From Phoronis australis (Eukaryota; Animalia; Phoronida), in contig NMRA01000839.1 of assembly GCA_002633005.1 (NCBI GenBank), forward strand, positions 52,547-116,546: DNA of 64,000 bases. The letters run 5' to 3'. The translations under genes were made by a program, and so were the position numbers. Below, piece after piece: positions 62,148-64,000 of this stretch (the stretch's first letter is position 1; every line of letters begins with the position of its first letter). Below the pieces are notes generated by a model. It was given only the letters and a program-made list of their open reading frames with translations, ran no database searches and was not told the origin of the DNA.

Positions 62148-64000
62148 GTCTGACATGTCCATAGCTTTCGTGGAGTCGTAAATACTTTGTACCTGCATTT
62201 GCGTTCACTCAAATACAGCTAGATGTTTTTGCATCTTTAATAGGGTTTTCGTTTGCGTTTTAGCCTGTAAAACTGTTGCAGGGATTTTCCGTAGATAAGC
62301 TCATGGGGATGAATTTGGAAAATGAACATTTTCAGGCGTTTAGAAACACTAAACAAACGCCCGGACATTTTTCGGAAACGGGTATTTTAAACGGAGTCAT
62401 GGTTTTGCCAACTTTAGCATAATTTACTTAAAACCGTGTTTTTAAACTTTTTGTTGATAAATGCACAGTTCGTCAACGCCTTGTTCTTTTTTACCAGTGA
62501 TAAATGCTCCACAAACCAATTTGTGACAAAAATTGACGCTGAGTAGGCTTTAAGGGTAAATTTCCGAATAAACGCCCGTGGGCGTTTCATCGGATGAGCT
62601 TATGTACGCAAAATCCACGAGAATTTATAAAGAAATAACAAGTCACTAAGAGCGGGTTATATGTGGAATTCAGGTTATGTACGCGATCATGGGGAGTTTG
62701 TGATAGAAGACTTACCAACTTTCCATCTGTGGCCATTCCACGAGAAAATCAAATGAAGTCAAAATATCGATCTAGGCGTCATATTTCGGATTCATCTTGA
62801 ACTTCGAGTGTGTGATCATTGTGTGACAGGGGATCAGATAAATCTGGAGGCGTTCTTTGTAATGTTGAAAGTGGGTGTCACTCAAGTGCTTGATGGATAT
62901 GTTTATATATAGATCTTGGATGTGTGAAAAAAATTGTGAAATCTCTCAAATGGGCTTTTTTGTTCTAAAAATGTCCCACCACTTATAAACGAATGTTGTT
63001 TATAACTTTATTACATTTAAAATGGTTTCAATAATGCTGTCTGCTATATCTTTTCACCAATTCACCCACAGAACGTTCAGTTGCCAGTACTCAATATGGT
63101 TAACGTCTATAGAAACAGTTTTAAGGCAAGCACGTTTTTAATGAAAATTTTCTGATCTGTGCACTATTTAAAGACGTTATAGGCCTTATTTATAAGCGAT
63201 TCTTCTGACGGTTCGAGACTACACGAAACGGGCCAACCGAAAATTATTATTTTGCTCTGTAGAAAAAAAAATCTATATCACTGGAAAGATGTCGTTGTCT
63301 GCAATATAAAAATGAACAAAATATTAAAATTGCACAGTGCCTTTGAAAGATATCACAGTTTCTTGTGTCAAAATTTGACTCACTTTTTGATCGGGTTGGC
63401 CACATTGGTCGACAGTTGCACTAGGCTACGAGTTTAAAAGTTTTTTAAATATTTTTTTACAAATAATTATTCTATAGTAAAATTCAGTGACACTCCTCTT
63501 TACCAACAATCCGTGCCACTCAAGAGTTTTCACCAGGATTTAATGGTGCAGATGTTACTTATTGAGTGCTCACTATGAATGTTAGACATTTCACCGGGGC
63601 CGGGCACCGGCAACATGGTGACTTTTGGTGACCGGAAAAATATGTACAACCTGCACTCGTGGGTGAAGATTTAACCAGGATACATTTGTATACATGCTGC
63701 TGCAAAAGAAAGCAGCTCTGTACAGATTTCTTGTGTTTGTGCTATGGACGTATAAAGCTTTAATTGGTTCAATCCTTACATTATTTTATGTTTTTCAATT
63801 TCATACTTAAATAAATGGAATCCTCAACTGACTCGAAAGTTTGAAATCCATACGTCTAACCTTTCAAGAGATGACATATTTATTTCTTACGGGAGTGTGA
63901 CAACAAGTGACAAAATCAGTTTTCGGTGGAATTGATAAGCGATGTAGAAATGACAAGACTCACCCTCGACGTCCCCCTCACCTCCGATGTAACACCCCCC

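Overview
AT-rich, intron-containing animal genomic DNA from a draft scaffold (N gaps at 4651-4662 and 9810-10011). The gene and repeat content suggests a lophotrochozoan, probably a mollusc; that assignment is inference. Four spliced genes can be rebuilt by hand with GT-AG junctions and consistent phases. These are a 9-exon secreted and probably GPI-anchored GH1 beta-glucosidase (+, 460-14442), a 7-exon Neverland/DAF-36 Rieske cholesterol 7-desaturase (-, 21073-29822), and two tandem secreted four-EF-hand proteins (-, 39965-44320 and 47038-50809). There is also an intronless orphan ORF of about 745 aa, acidic and internally repeated (-, 58872-61109). The rest is dense in MITEs with recognisable TSDs (9-bp, TTAA, 5-bp, 6-bp, CAG), decayed LINEs, minisatellites and a TTAGGG-like tract. 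The most striking structure is a duplicated GH1 segment, probably two uncollapsed haplotypes, in which one copy has a MITE inserted head-to-head into another copy of itself. I see no convincing evidence of a wholly new multi-gene system. The best leads are the secreted EF-hand pair, the orphan ORF and the GH1/Neverland neighbourhood.
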